A stretch of DNA of 64,000 bases, taken from assembly GCA_044229975.1 (NCBI GenBank), contig JBGARZ010000002.1:640001-704000 (forward strand), in the 5' to 3' direction. The stretch is from Polyangiales bacterium. Lineage in GTDB: Bacteria > Myxococcota_A > Polyangia > Polyangiales > Ga0077539. This document shows, piece after piece, positions 7,918-18,176 of the stretch; the first letter of the stretch is position 1; every line of letters starts with the position of its first letter. Made by a program: the position numbers and the translations under genes. The notes under the pieces were generated by a model. The model saw only the letters and a list, made by a program, of their open reading frames with translations. It was not told the origin of the DNA and ran no database searches.

Positions 7918-9375
7918 ATGAGCGACCTGAACAAGCCCGCCGACGACAGCTTCGCCTCCCTCTTCGCACAGTCCGGCGGCCCGAGCCGCAAGAGCGGTCC
8001 CTCCGTGAAGGTCGGCGCGCGCATCGAGGCGGCGATCGTCCAGATCACCGCCAACGCCGTCTTCGTCGACCTCGACCAGAAGCGTCAGGCGTACCTCGAC
8101 CGCGCCGAGGTGCTCGGCCCCGACGGCCAGCTCACCGTGAAGGTCGGCGACAAGCTCGTCGCCCACGTGCTGGAGATCGACGGCCGCTCCGGGTCGGTGC
8201 GCCTCGGCCGCTCGCTCGGGAAGAACGGCGACGTCAGCTCGCTCGAACTCGCGCGCGAGCAGGGCATCTCCGTCGAGGGGAAGATCGCCGCCATCAACAA
8301 GGGCGGCGCCGAGGTGGAGCTGTACGGCGTGAAGGCGTTCTGCCCGACGTCGCAGCTGGACAACCGCTTCGTGCAGGACCCCACCTCGCTCATCGGCAAG
8401 ACCTTCCAGTTCAAGGTCACCGAGGTGCGTGAGGGCGGCCGAAGCATCGTGCTGTCGCGCCGCGCCCACCTCGAAGCCGAGTCGCGCGAGGCGATGGACA
8501 AGCTCCTCACCACCCTCGCCCCCGGCGCCATCGTGAAGGGCACCGTCTCGGGCGTGCGCGACTTCGGCGCCTTCGTCGACCTCGGCGGCGTCGAGGGCCT
8601 CGTGCCCGCGAGCGAGCTCTCCCACGACAGCCGCGTGCGCCCCGCCGACATCGTCAACATCGGCGACGCCATGGAGGTGCAGGTCAAGGAGATCCGCGGC
8701 ACCGGCCGCGACACCAAGATCACCCTCTCGCTCAAGGCCCTCTCCGCCGACCCGTGGGAGGCCATCGAGGTCATCGCTCCGGTCGGTCGCGTGGTCTCCG
8801 GTGCGGTCACCCGCCTCGCCGACTTCGGCGCCTTCGTGCGCCTCGGCAGCGGCATCGAAGGACTCCTTCACGTCTCGGAGCTCCCGGGTCGCGTCGATCA
8901 TCCCTCCAAGGTGCTCGCCGAGGGCCAGGCGTTGCTGGTGGTGGTTCGGTCGGTCGACCGCGGCACCAAGAAGATCTCCCTCGCGCTCGCGCCCGAAGGC
9001 TCGACGGCAGGCAGCGCGGCCCAGTCCCGCTCGCTCCCCGTCGGAACCATCGTGAAGGCCACCGTCGACCGCATCGAGACCTTCGGGGTGTTCGTTCAGG
9101 TCGATGGGACCAACGGTCGCGCGGGTCGCGGGCTCATCCCCAACGCCGAGCTCGGCGTCCCCCGCGGGGCCGACCTCCGCAAGCTCTTCCCTGAGGGTCA
9201 CGCCGTCACCGCCAAGGTCGTCGAGACCGGCGAAGGTCGCCTGCGCCTCTCCATCCGCGCCATCGGCGCCGACGAAGAGCGCGCCGCCTACGACGGCTAC
9301 CAGAAGACCACCAAGGGCGCGGGGAAGACCGGCGCGACCCTCGGTGATCTCCTCAAGTCCCGCCTCAAGCTCTGA
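7918..9375 (+). CDS. Ribosomal protein S1-like paralog (5 S1 domains)
   Basis: N-terminal DSFASLF, repeated FGAFVDLGG/EGLLHVSE motifs, C-terminal TLGDLL. Confidence 0.9.
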   Translation: MSDLNKPADDSFASLFAQSGGPSRKSGPSVKVGARIEAAIVQITANAVFVDLDQKRQAYLDRAEVLGPDGQLTVKVGDKLVAHVLEIDGRSGSVRLGRSLGKNGDVSSLELAREQGISVEGKIAAINKGGAEVELYGVKAFCPTSQLDNRFVQDPTSLIGKTFQFKVTEVREGGRSIVLSRRAHLEAESREAMDKLLTTLAPGAIVKGTVSGVRDFGAFVDLGGVEGLVPASELSHDSRVRPADIVNIGDAMEVQVKEIRGTGRDTKITLSLKALSADPWEAIEVIAPVGRVVSGAVTRLADFGAFVRLGSGIEGLLHVSELPGRVDHPSKVLAEGQALLVVVRSVDRGTKKISLALAPEGSTAGSAAQSRSLPVGTIVKATVDRIETFGVFVQVDGTNGRAGRGLIPNAELGVPRGADLRKLFPEGHAVTAKVVETGEGRLRLSIRAIGADEERAAYDGYQKTTKGAGKTGATLGDLLKSRLKL

Positions 9376-9417
9376 CCCGTAGCCACCGTCAACCGACGGC
9401 CCGCCCCCCGTCTCCCA

Positions 9418-11658
9418 TCACAGCCCCGCGCGCACCTCGTCGGACGAACCCGCCGCCCCATCGGGCGCGTCGCCGATCGCGCTGGTGCGGCCGCCTTCGC
9501 CGCCCATCCCACCGCCGCCGCGCGTGCACGTGAGCCCCGAGATCGAGGGCGAGCTGCCCAGGTAGTAGACGCACACCGACGGCCCGCCGGGGCCACCTGA
9601 TCCGCTGCCGCCCGTGCCGCCCGTGCCGCCGCGCGCGCCCGCGCCGCCGCCGCCCGCGTTGCCCGCAAAGCCGCCGCCCGCGCCGCCGTTGCCACCCGCG
9701 CCGCCGCTGCCGCCGTTGCCGCCGTTGCCGCCGGAGCCGCCGCGGCCCGACGAGAGTCGACAGTCCTCGATGCGGACGTTGGACGACGCGCTCATCACCG
9801 CAAAGGACCCGCCGCCCCCGGAGCCGCCGGTGCCTGGTGCGCCCGCGCAACCGCCACCACCACCGCCACCGCCTCCGCCGCCGTTGTGGTTGACGCACGA
9901 CGGCGGAAAGATGACCAGCGCGCTGCCGCCCGTCCCCGCGCCGCCGCCGCCACCGCCGCCGCCGGCCGCCGCGTCGGTTCCGCTCACGCCGCTCGGCGCG
10001 AGGTAGATGCCCGTGTTGGGGTCCGCCGAGCCGACGCTCGACGCGCTGCGGCCGTTGTTGCCGTTGCGGCCGTCGGTGCCGTTGTTCGCCGCGCCCGCCG
10101 CGGGGGGAGACGCCGCCATCACTCCCGCGCAGGTACCGAAGCACTCGATGCACGCCGTCCCGCGCGTCGCGCCTGCGCCGCCGCCGCCACCCGCCGCACC
10201 GCCCGCCGCCGTCGCGCCGATGGCCCCGCCTGCGCCAGGGGAAGCGCCCGAGCCCGACGCGCCGCCCGCGCCGCCCGTCGCACCGCAGGGCGATGATCCG
10301 CCGCCGCCACCGTTGGGCGTACCGCCGCCCGTGCCCGTCGCGCCGCTCGCGCCCGTCGTACCGTTGGTCCCTGCCGGCCCGCTCGCCCCGCTGCCCGCGG
10401 CGATGGTGCACGCCCGCAGCGTGAGCAGCGCCGACCCGTTGACCACGCGCACGCCGTAGCTGCTGCCGCCCGGCGTGGTCGCACTGGCCGATTGGATGGT
10501 GAGCAGTTGGAGCTCGGTCGCCCGCGCCAGCTCGTTGGCGAAGACCGCCGTGGTGTCGCCCTGGATCACCGACGACGTGTCGCGCGAGCGCGTCCACCCG
10601 CTGAGGTCGTCGTAGCCGCCGTAGAGGCTCACTCCGCCGACGAGCTCGACCGAGCTGCGGTAGGTGCCCTGCGCGACGTACACCGGCCGCAGGAGCGCCC
10701 CTATGCGCGCGAGGTTGATGGCCGCGGCGATGGTCTGGAGCGGCATGTCGCGCGTGCCGGGGTTGCCGTCCGAGCCGCGCGGCGACACGAACACCGCGAT
10801 GCTCGCGTCACCATCGATGCCGTCACAGTTGGTGTCCTGAAACATCAGGTCGGGCGCGTCGGCCACGCTGCGGTTGCACTCGCAGCCGTTGGCCGGCATC
10901 CGATCGACGTCCGCGAACCCGTCGGCGCAGGTGTACGCGCAGACACCCATGGCGCACGCGGCGGTCTGGTTGGGGCCCGCGGTGCAGCGCGTGCCGCAGG
11001 TTCCGCAGTTGGCGAGGTCGGTCTGGTAGTCGGGGCCCCGGTGCGCACACATCGGCGCGGTGCCCGCGACCATGCACATGTCGACGGTGCACGCGTCCAT
11101 GTCGTCGCAGTTGTACGGGGCGCTCCGAACGCAGCGGTTGCGGCCCGCCTGGCAGCTCCAGGTGCCGGTGCAGGGGTTGCCGTTGAGGCGCGCGCAGGTC
11201 GCGTCGCCGACCTCGCAGGGCAGCTCGGTGACGCAGCCCGACTCCTGCGCGCAGAACTGATCGCCCGGGCACCGCATGTCGTTGGACGCGTGCACGCAGC
11301 GCCCCGCCGCGGCGTCGCAGCTGTCGTCCGTGCACGCGACGGCGTCGTCGCAGCTCGCGGGTCCGCCCACCACCACGCAGCGCCCGAGGCGGCACGCCTG
11401 CGCGTTGGTGCAGAGGTCGGGCGCGGTGCAGTCGTCGACCGTGCGACACGCTCGACCTGCGTCGAGGGAGACGTCCACGGCTGCGTCGACGCCGAGGTCC
11501 GCGGGAGGCACATCGACACTGGCTTCGGTGACCGTGGGGAGGTCGTCGCTGCCCGCGTCGAGCACGCCCGTGTCGAGGTCGTAGACCACCGGCGTCGGGT
11601 CGTTGCAGGCCACGAGCAGGAGAATCCCCAGCGAGAGCAGGTGGCGAGAGCGTCCCAT
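9418..11658 (-). CDS. Lipoprotein with Cys-rich repeats, beta-helix-like domain and Gly-rich (PGRS-like) tail
   Basis: Lipobox LLVAC; CDDAVACTDDSC; DTNCDGIDGD; FVSPRGSDGNPGT..PLQTIAAAI; long GGxGG tract. Confidence 0.85.
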   Translation of the reverse strand: MGRSRHLLSLGILLLVACNDPTPVVYDLDTGVLDAGSDDLPTVTEASVDVPPADLGVDAAVDVSLDAGRACRTVDDCTAPDLCTNAQACRLGRCVVVGGPASCDDAVACTDDSCDAAAGRCVHASNDMRCPGDQFCAQESGCVTELPCEVGDATCARLNGNPCTGTWSCQAGRNRCVRSAPYNCDDMDACTVDMCMVAGTAPMCAHRGPDYQTDLANCGTCGTRCTAGPNQTAACAMGVCAYTCADGFADVDRMPANGCECNRSVADAPDLMFQDTNCDGIDGDASIAVFVSPRGSDGNPGTRDMPLQTIAAAINLARIGALLRPVYVAQGTYRSSVELVGGVSLYGGYDDLSGWTRSRDTSSVIQGDTTAVFANELARATELQLLTIQSASATTPGGSSYGVRVVNGSALLTLRACTIAAGSGASGPAGTNGTTGASGATGTGGGTPNGGGGGSSPCGATGGAGGASGSGASPGAGGAIGATAAGGAAGGGGGAGATRGTACIECFGTCAGVMAASPPAAGAANNGTDGRNGNNGRSASSVGSADPNTGIYLAPSGVSGTDAAAGGGGGGGGAGTGGSALVIFPPSCVNHNGGGGGGGGGGGCAGAPGTGGSGGGGSFAVMSASSNVRIEDCRLSSGRGGSGGNGGNGGSGGAGGNGGAGGGFAGNAGGGGAGARGGTGGTGGSGSGGPGGPSVCVYYLGSSPSISGLTCTRGGGGMGGEGGRTSAIGDAPDGAAGSSDEVRAGL
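9480..10400 (-). repeat. Gly-rich low-complexity coding repeat
   Basis: Runs of GCC/CCG on the + strand encoding GGGGG/GGxGG. Confidence 0.8.
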
Positions 11659-11714
11659 GCTCGCGACGGTATCGCAGAGAGCGTCGCGACGACGAGGGTA
11701 TGCTCCGCGATCCA

Positions 11715-11999
11715 ATGACCGACACGCAGGGCATCATCGAGACGAAGCTGACCGAGGCGCTGGCTCCGACCCGGCTCACCATCGAGGACGAGGGGCACCT
11801 CCACGCGGGCCACGCCGGCGCGAAAGCCCACGGCGGCGGCCATTTCCGCGTGACCATCGTGAGCGCGGCCTTCGAGGGACTCGGGCCCGTGACGCGGCAC
11901 CGTCGGGTCTACGCCGTGCTGGCTGAGGAGATGAAGTCGCGCATCCACGCGCTGGCGCTGACCACGCTCACGCCGGCCGAAGACGCTCGCTCGGCGTAG
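11715..11999 (+). CDS. bolA: BolA family protein
   Basis: HAGHAG, HFRVTIVSAAFEG, RHRRVY, IHALAL. Confidence 0.93.
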   Translation: MTDTQGIIETKLTEALAPTRLTIEDEGHLHAGHAGAKAHGGGHFRVTIVSAAFEGLGPVTRHRRVYAVLAEEMKSRIHALALTTLTPAEDARSA

Positions 12000-12008
12000 G
12001 CGCCGACG

Positions 12009-13322
12009 TCACTCGGGCGCTGCGGCCGTGGGCTCCGTCGGCGGTCGCCGGACGCGCACCATCTTCACCCGCCGCGCGCTCGCCTCGACCACCTCCAGCT
12101 CGGCGCCGCCCGGCACCGCGATGGTGTCGCCCACCTGCGGGATGTGACCTGCGAGGACGATGCAGAGCCCGGCCAGCGTCGAGTAGTTGTCCCCCTCGGG
12201 CAGGTCGAAGTCGATGGCCCGGTTGACCTCGTGCACCGGCGTCTGGCCCGCGATGAGGTAGCTCCCCGCGGCCTCGCGCTGCACCCGCACCGGGGCCGGG
12301 TCGTTTTCGCTCAAGATCTCCCCGACCAGCTCTTCGAGGAGGTCTTCGACCGTCACGAGCCCGACCACCGTGCCCACCTCGTCGACGAGCATGGCGATGG
12401 GCGTGCGATCGGTCTGAAGCTCCTTGAGGAGGTCGACCGCGCGCACGCTGCCCGGCGTGAACTTGATGGGCCGCAGGTACGCCTCCAGCGAGAAGGTCTC
12501 GCCGCGCAGCACCGGCCCCAGCGCGTCACGCTGCGTGAGGTACCCGATCACGTTTTCTTCGGAGCCGTCGTAGACAGGGAGCCGCGCGAACCGCGCCGTG
12601 CGGGCGAGCAGACCGAGCTCGGCGCTGGTGACGTCCTTGGACACCATCACCACGGACCGCCGCGGCACCATCACATCGACGGCGCGCAGCGACTGGAAGT
12701 CGATGGCCCGCGACGCGATCTCGCTCGCGCTCTTGTCGAGCGAGCCCACGCGCGCGGCCTCCTCGACGAGCTCTTGAATCTCCTCGGGCGACAGCCGCGC
12801 CTCGGTGAAGCTGGTCTTGTCACCGACCAGGCCGAGCACCGCGTTGGAGGCCGCCGTGAGCACCCACACCAGCGGCCGCACCACCGACGCCATGCCCCGC
12901 AGCGCAGGTCCGAAGAGCAGCGAGTAGCGCTCCGCCGAGCGCAGCGCGAGCGACTTGGGCACCAGCTCGCCCACCACGATCTCCAGAAACGAGATGCACG
13001 CGATCACCGCCACGAGCCCGAGGGTCGACGCGTAGGCGCCCAGCAAAGGCACTCCGCGGAGGTGCACCGCCACGTCGTGCGCGAGCGCCTCGCCGCCGAA
13101 GGCCGCCGCCGTGGTGCCCACCACGGTGAGCCCGATCTGCACCGTCGCGAGGAAGCGCTCGGGCTTGTCGCGCAGCCACAGCACCGCCGCGACGCCGCCG
13201 CGCTTCTCCTCGGCCAGCTCCGCGAGACGCGTCTTGCGCACCGAGAGCACCGCGATCTCCGCCGCGGCGAAGAGCCCGTTGAGCAGCATCAGCACCATCA
13301 CGATGACGAGCTCGCCGATCAC
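12009..13322 (-). CDS. CNNM/HlyC-CorC family transporter (DUF21 + CBS pair + CorC)
   Basis: NGLFAAAEIA, FLATVQIG, GELVPKSLA, VMVPR, VTVEDLLEELVGEI. Confidence 0.93.
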   Translation of the reverse strand: MIGELVIVMVLMLLNGLFAAAEIAVLSVRKTRLAELAEEKRGGVAAVLWLRDKPERFLATVQIGLTVVGTTAAAFGGEALAHDVAVHLRGVPLLGAYASTLGLVAVIACISFLEIVVGELVPKSLALRSAERYSLLFGPALRGMASVVRPLVWVLTAASNAVLGLVGDKTSFTEARLSPEEIQELVEEAARVGSLDKSASEIASRAIDFQSLRAVDVMVPRRSVVMVSKDVTSAELGLLARTARFARLPVYDGSEENVIGYLTQRDALGPVLRGETFSLEAYLRPIKFTPGSVRAVDLLKELQTDRTPIAMLVDEVGTVVGLVTVEDLLEELVGEILSENDPAPVRVQREAAGSYLIAGQTPVHEVNRAIDFDLPEGDNYSTLAGLCIVLAGHIPQVGDTIAVPGGAELEVVEASARRVKMVRVRRPPTEPTAAAPE

Positions 13323-13783
13323 GGGTGCCCTCGCTCTCCGTGGCCGTGGTGATGCCCATCGCCCTCACACCGCGCGTCGGCCCAGCCCACCCAGTACGGA
13401 CCATCCGGCCCGTGCTCGCGCTTCCAGATGGGCACCCGCGACTTGATGGCGTCGATGAGCGCCTGGCACCCGCGAAAGGCTTCGCCCCGATGCACCGCGC
13501 TCGCCGCGCACACCACGGCCGCGTCGCCGACCCCGAGCGAACCCACGCGGTGCAGCGCCGCAAAGCGAACGCCCGGCATCTGCGCGCTCAACTCCGCGGC
13601 GATGCGCTCCATCTCGGCGACCGCCATCGCCGGGTACGCCTCGTAGTCCAGGCGCGTCACGGCGCGGCCCTCGTTGTGGTCGCGCACCACCCCGACGAAC
13701 ACGTCGACGCCGCCCGCCGTCGGGTGCGCCACCGCTGCCACCACCGCCTCGATGGACAGCGCCTCCGTCGACAACGCGAACAT
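13319..13783 (-). CDS. moaE: Molybdopterin synthase catalytic subunit
   Basis: FVGVVRDHNEG, LDYEAY, HRVGSL, HRGEAF, VPIWKRE. Confidence 0.95.
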   Translation of the reverse strand: MFALSTEALSIEAVVAAVAHPTAGGVDVFVGVVRDHNEGRAVTRLDYEAYPAMAVAEMERIAAELSAQMPGVRFAALHRVGSLGVGDAAVVCAASAVHRGEAFRGCQALIDAIKSRVPIWKREHGPDGPYWVGWADARCEGDGHHHGHGERGHP

Positions 13784-13789
13784 CCCCGC

Positions 13790-14275
13790 CTACTCCTCGC
13801 GCCGCCAGGTTCCGGTGCGGCCGCCGGACTTCTCCAGCAGCGCGACCTCGGTGATGACCACTCCGCGCTCCAGGCCCTTCACCATGTCGTAGAGCGCGAG
13901 CGCCGCGATGGACGCACCCGTCATCGCCTCCATCTCCACGCCGGTGCGGTCGCGCGCCTCGGCCGTCACGGTGATCTCGGCGCCCTCGTCGGTCCACGCG
14001 AGCGCCACGGTCACGCCCGTCAGCGCGACGTGGTGGCAGAGCGGAATCACCTCGGGTGTTCGCTTGGCGCCCATGATCGCCGCGAGGCGCACCGTCGCGC
14101 CCACGTCCCCCTTCGGACCGTCGCCCGACCGCGCCGCTGCCACCGTCGCGGGGAGCATCCGCAGCCGGGCCCTCGCCACCGCGCGTCGTTGCGTCTCGAC
14201 CTTCTCGCCGACCCCGACCATGTGCACCGCGCCGGACTCATCGACGTGCGTCGGACGCATCGGATCGTTGCTCAT
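13790..14275 (-). CDS. moaC: Cyclic pyranopterin monophosphate synthase
   Basis: THVDESGAVHMV, KGDV, IPLCH, TGVEMEAM, YDMVK, KSGG. Confidence 0.95.
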   Translation of the reverse strand: MSNDPMRPTHVDESGAVHMVGVGEKVETQRRAVARARLRMLPATVAAARSGDGPKGDVGATVRLAAIMGAKRTPEVIPLCHHVALTGVTVALAWTDEGAEITVTAEARDRTGVEMEAMTGASIAALALYDMVKGLERGVVITEVALLEKSGGRTGTWRREE

Positions 14276-14338
14276 CGCGGGCGACACCATCGCACAGCTC
14301 GCGCCGCGCGCGTGATAGCGTCGGCGCCGTCGACGGCC

Positions 14339-16033
14339 GTGCTGAGCAACGTGGTGAGGTTCCTGGCGCTGATTGGCGCGCTGGTGTTCGTGCATGAGCT
14401 CGGACACTTCGTGTGGGCGAAGGCGTACGGCATCAAGGTGCTGAAGTTTTCGCTGGGCTTCGGCCCGCGCGTCATCGGCATCCGCTACGGCGAGACCGAC
14501 TACTGCGTGGGCCTCGTCCCCTTCGGCGGCTTCGTAAAGATGCTGGGCGAAGACCCCGGCGACGAGATCCCCCACGAAGACCTCCCCCGCGCCTTCCACG
14601 CCCAGTCGCTGCGCCGACGCTTCGCCGTCGTGCTCGCCGGGCCGATGATGTCCCTGCTCTTCCCGGTGCTGCTCTACTTCGTGGCCCTCCTCGGTCGCAG
14701 CGACCTCACGCCGCCCCTCATCGGAACCGTCGCCGCCGGTTACCCCGCCGCCGGCCTCCTCCTCCCCGGCGACCGCGTGACGGCCATCGAGGGCCGGGAG
14801 ATCCAGTCCTTCGAGGAGATTCGCGAGGCCATCGCCCACGCCCCGCGCCACACGCTCCGCTTCGACGTCGAGCGCGCGGGCGTTCCCGTCGTCGTGCGCG
14901 TCACCCCGGAGGCCGTCACCACCGAGCGCCCCTTCGACGAGCGCGTCACCACCGGCTTCCTCGGCGTCGCGCCCGGCTTTCCGCTCCCGGTGGTCGGCGT
15001 CATCGCCCCGTCGCCCGCCCACACCGCGGGGCTCCGCACCTTCGACGTGGTGACCATGTACCGCGGCGCGCCCATCCGTCGCTGGTCCGACCTCGAAGCG
15101 TCGCTCACCCGCTCGCGCGGCTCGACGGTGCCGCTCGCCTTCCTCCGCCCGCGCGCCATCGAGGGCGCCCTCGGCGGTTTCATGGACATCGAGGTCTTCG
15201 ACCCCGGCCTCGCGCAGATCGCCCCCGAACCCGGCACCGGCGCGATGACCACCCGCACCGGCATCGAAGCCTCCGACCTCTACCTCTCCGACGTCGCCGC
15301 CGACAGCCCCGAGGCCCTCATGGGCCTGCGCCGAGGCGCTCGTGTGCTCGCCCTCGACGGCGCGACGCCGCCCTCCTGGGAGCGCTTCATCGCCTCGCTC
15401 ACGACGAGCCCCGCCCGCCTCCGCACGCTCCGCTTCACCCTCGACCATCGCACGGCGGAGGGCGGCTTCTCGCTGCGCCCCGTGATGATCACCGACGAGT
15501 TCGGCGAGCGCACCGTGCAGCTCCGTCCCGGCCTCGATCGCTGGCGGCCCATCGTCGCCGAGGCGCCCGTCGCCAACCCCCACCCGATCCGCTACGCGTT
15601 CTCGGGCGCCATCTCCGAGACCGCCGAGGCCCTGCGCTTCTTGAGCATCGGCATCGTGCGGATGCTCCAGGGCCGCGTCCCGGTCGCGAGCGTGGGCGGG
15701 CCCATCGCCATCTACGACGCGTCGCGCACCGTCGCGGTCGACGGCGTGTGGGGCTTCTTCCGTCTCATGGCGCTCATCAGCCTCAACCTCGGGCTGCTCA
15801 ACCTCCTCCCCGTGCCCACCCTCGACGGCGGCCACCTGCTCTTCTTCGGGATGGAGGCCGTGATGCGCCGCCCCGTCCCACTGCGCGTGCGGCAGGTGGC
15901 CTCGGTGCTCGGGCTCCTCCTCGTGGTGGGCGTGATGCTCCTCGCCTTCCGCAACGACCTCGAACGCAAGCTCGGCGTCGACCTCGGCGTCCACACCTCG
16001 GCGGCTTCACCGCTGGTCCCTGGTCCGGGGTAG
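14339..16033 (+). CDS. rseP: Site-2 (M50) intramembrane metalloprotease with PDZ domains
   Basis: HELGH, FSLGFGP, GGFVKM, AGP, NLLPVPTLDGG. GTG start estimated. Confidence 0.92.
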   Translation: MLSNVVRFLALIGALVFVHELGHFVWAKAYGIKVLKFSLGFGPRVIGIRYGETDYCVGLVPFGGFVKMLGEDPGDEIPHEDLPRAFHAQSLRRRFAVVLAGPMMSLLFPVLLYFVALLGRSDLTPPLIGTVAAGYPAAGLLLPGDRVTAIEGREIQSFEEIREAIAHAPRHTLRFDVERAGVPVVVRVTPEAVTTERPFDERVTTGFLGVAPGFPLPVVGVIAPSPAHTAGLRTFDVVTMYRGAPIRRWSDLEASLTRSRGSTVPLAFLRPRAIEGALGGFMDIEVFDPGLAQIAPEPGTGAMTTRTGIEASDLYLSDVAADSPEALMGLRRGARVLALDGATPPSWERFIASLTTSPARLRTLRFTLDHRTAEGGFSLRPVMITDEFGERTVQLRPGLDRWRPIVAEAPVANPHPIRYAFSGAISETAEALRFLSIGIVRMLQGRVPVASVGGPIAIYDASRTVAVDGVWGFFRLMALISLNLGLLNLLPVPTLDGGHLLFFGMEAVMRRPVPLRVRQVASVLGLLLVVGVMLLAFRNDLERKLGVDLGVHTSAASPLVPGPG

Positions 16034-16045
16034 AGTCGGACGCCT

Positions 16046-16702
16046 ATGCGTCGCTCACTGGAGCTCGACCTCGAAGCCTGTGACGCCCTGCTGGGGCTCC
16101 TCCGCCTGCACGCCGCCTCCGAGGTGCACCGCTGGCCGGCGCACCTTTCGGGCGTCCTCGTGTCCGCCGTCGCCGACGAGATGGACCGCATCGAGGAGAC
16201 CGTGCGCACCCTCGGCATGGCCTACGAGCACCTCGAATCGCACGGGGTCGCGACCCTCGACCGCACGCCTCAGTCGCGCTTCTCCGACGTCGACGAGGCG
16301 TTTCATCTCGTCGCCTGCCCGGTCGCTTTGGCCCTCGACCTCGACGCCCTCCGCGTCGCCCTCGACCGCGGCGACGCCGACACCCGCGACGAGGCCGTGC
16401 GCCTCTCCCACGCACTGCGCACGGTCATCGCTTCGGTCGCCGAGAGCGAGCTCCTCGTCTGCCGTCGGCTGCTCCTCGCCGGCGCCGAACAGCCGCCCGA
16501 CCGGGTGCTGCGCTTCGTCGACGCCTACCTCGCGAGCGCCTGGCCCGTCGGCGCCAAGCCGCAGGCGTCGCTCCCCAGCATGCTGCCCGTCGCGCTCGGG
16601 TACGAGGTGCACCCGTCGCTCACCGACGTCTCGACGAGCGCCCACTCGGGCGGCGACTCCACCGCCGTGTTTCGCCTCGACGCCGAGCTGGAGGACCTGT
16701 GA
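16046..16702 (+). CDS. Hypothetical helical protein, possibly a degenerate ferritin/Dps-like fold
   Basis: 218 aa operonic ORF; DEMDRIEETVRTLG and GDADTRD weakly resemble Dps motifs. Confidence 0.6.
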   Translation: MRRSLELDLEACDALLGLLRLHAASEVHRWPAHLSGVLVSAVADEMDRIEETVRTLGMAYEHLESHGVATLDRTPQSRFSDVDEAFHLVACPVALALDLDALRVALDRGDADTRDEAVRLSHALRTVIASVAESELLVCRRLLLAGAEQPPDRVLRFVDAYLASAWPVGAKPQASLPSMLPVALGYEVHPSLTDVSTSAHSGGDSTAVFRLDAELEDL

Positions 16703-17232
16703 GCCGCAGACTCGGCGCCCTCCTGGCGCTGCTGTTATCGGTCGCACCGCTGACGGCCATCGCAACGACGGTGGTCCCGGTCACCACCGAGGAGCTCACC
16801 CGGCGCTCGGACGAGGTCGTGCTCGCCACGGTGCGCGCGTCGTCGTCGCGCTGGGAGCACGGGCTCATCGTCACGGACCACGAGCTCACGGTCGACGCCA
16901 CGGTCCGCGGCAGCGCCCTCCCCCGCGCCACCATCTTCGTCCGCACCCCCGGCGGAACCGTCGGCCGCATCACCCAGGTCATCCCCGACGCGCCCTCGCT
17001 GGAGGTCGGCCGCAGCTACGTCTTCTTCCTCTCCGGCGGCGTGGGCCAGGTTCGCTTCCTGGCGCATCTCACGGCGGCCGTGGTGCCCGTGCAGGCGTCT
17101 CCCCAGGGCGCCCTCGTCGCGCAGCCCCCGGTGGCGCTGCTCACCGACAGCTCGCGCTCCGCCGAGGCCGCCCCGGCGGCGCCCGTCTCGCTGCCCACGC
17201 TCCTCGATCGTGTTCGCGCGGTGCCGCGGTGA
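16699..17232 (+). CDS. Secreted hypothetical protein, partner of the downstream metalloprotease
   Basis: Signal peptide, ATTVVPVTTEEL, TPGGTVG. GTGA overlaps at both ends. Confidence 0.8.
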   Translation: MSRRLGALLALLLSVAPLTAIATTVVPVTTEELTRRSDEVVLATVRASSSRWEHGLIVTDHELTVDATVRGSALPRATIFVRTPGGTVGRITQVIPDAPSLEVGRSYVFFLSGGVGQVRFLAHLTAAVVPVQASPQGALVAQPPVALLTDSSRSAEAAPAAPVSLPTLLDRVRAVPR

Positions 17233-18140
17233 AGCTCAGCCCTGTTGCTGCGGCCCTCGCGCTGCCGCTCCTCGTGAGCTCATCAGCGAGCGCGTACTGC
17301 CGCACGATGACGACCCGCAGTCGCGCGCAGGAGGGCGAGTGCCCGATGTACGGCGTCGCCCTCTCGTGGCGAAACCTCTGCACCGGCTACTCGCTCTACC
17401 GCGCCAACCTCCAGGCCGGTCTCACGCTCCCCGACCTCGATCGCATCACCGCCTCCTCGACGGGCGCCTGGGGCCGCGTGGCCTGCGACGACAACGGCCG
17501 CGAGCCCCAGTACTTCCGCATCGTCCCCAACGGAACGACCTCCAACCCCACGGGCTACAACCCCTTCGGCCCCAACTCCAACACCGTGTCGTTTCGCCCG
17601 AAGTGGGAGGACGACGCGCTCCACCGGCCCGGCACCATCGCCATCACCGTGGTGACCTTCGACTCGCTGACGGGTGAGATCTTCGACGCCGACATCGAGC
17701 TCAACAGCCGCGCGTCCACCAACGCCGGGGGATTCGTCTTCGCCGTTGGGCGCATGCCCGAGCCCGACGAGTGCGACCTCCAGACGATTCTGACCCACGA
17801 GTTCGGGCACTTCCTCGGCCTCGCCCACTCCAACATCACCCGCGCGGTGATGTACCCGACGGCGGGCCTCGGCGAGATTCGCAGCGACCTCAACAACGAC
17901 GACTCCGCCGGCATCTGCGCCATCTACCCTGAGCGGGCGACCCCGCCGGGCCGCTGCATCGGCATCCCCTACGGCGGCCTCGCCACGACCCCGGGCGGCG
18001 CCCGCGTCGTCGGCGCCAACAACGTCTCCTGCGCCGTCGGTCGCGCGCCCGTCACCGCTTCGGGGCTGCTCCCGCTCTGCGCCTTCGCCGTGTTCACGCT
18101 CGCCCGACGTCGTCGGCGCGCGCCCGTGAATTGCGATTGA
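17229..18140 (+). CDS. Matrixin-type (M10) zinc metalloprotease with MYXO-CTERM-like tail
   Basis: Signal peptide, DADIELN, HEFGHFLGLAH, Met-turn AVMYP, C-terminal SCAVG + hydrophobic segment + RRRRR. Confidence 0.9.
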   Translation: MKLSPVAAALALPLLVSSSASAYCRTMTTRSRAQEGECPMYGVALSWRNLCTGYSLYRANLQAGLTLPDLDRITASSTGAWGRVACDDNGREPQYFRIVPNGTTSNPTGYNPFGPNSNTVSFRPKWEDDALHRPGTIAITVVTFDSLTGEIFDADIELNSRASTNAGGFVFAVGRMPEPDECDLQTILTHEFGHFLGLAHSNITRAVMYPTAGLGEIRSDLNNDDSAGICAIYPERATPPGRCIGIPYGGLATTPGGARVVGANNVSCAVGRAPVTASGLLPLCAFAVFTLARRRRRAPVNCD

Positions 18141-18176
18141 TGCCGAGGTTGTGACGTCCCGTTCGCGGTCCAACGC

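Noticed and set aside
9418..10400. PE-PGRS gene or horizontal transfer from mycobacteria
   Set aside because: No PE domain; Gly-rich tails are common in myxobacterial lipoproteins.
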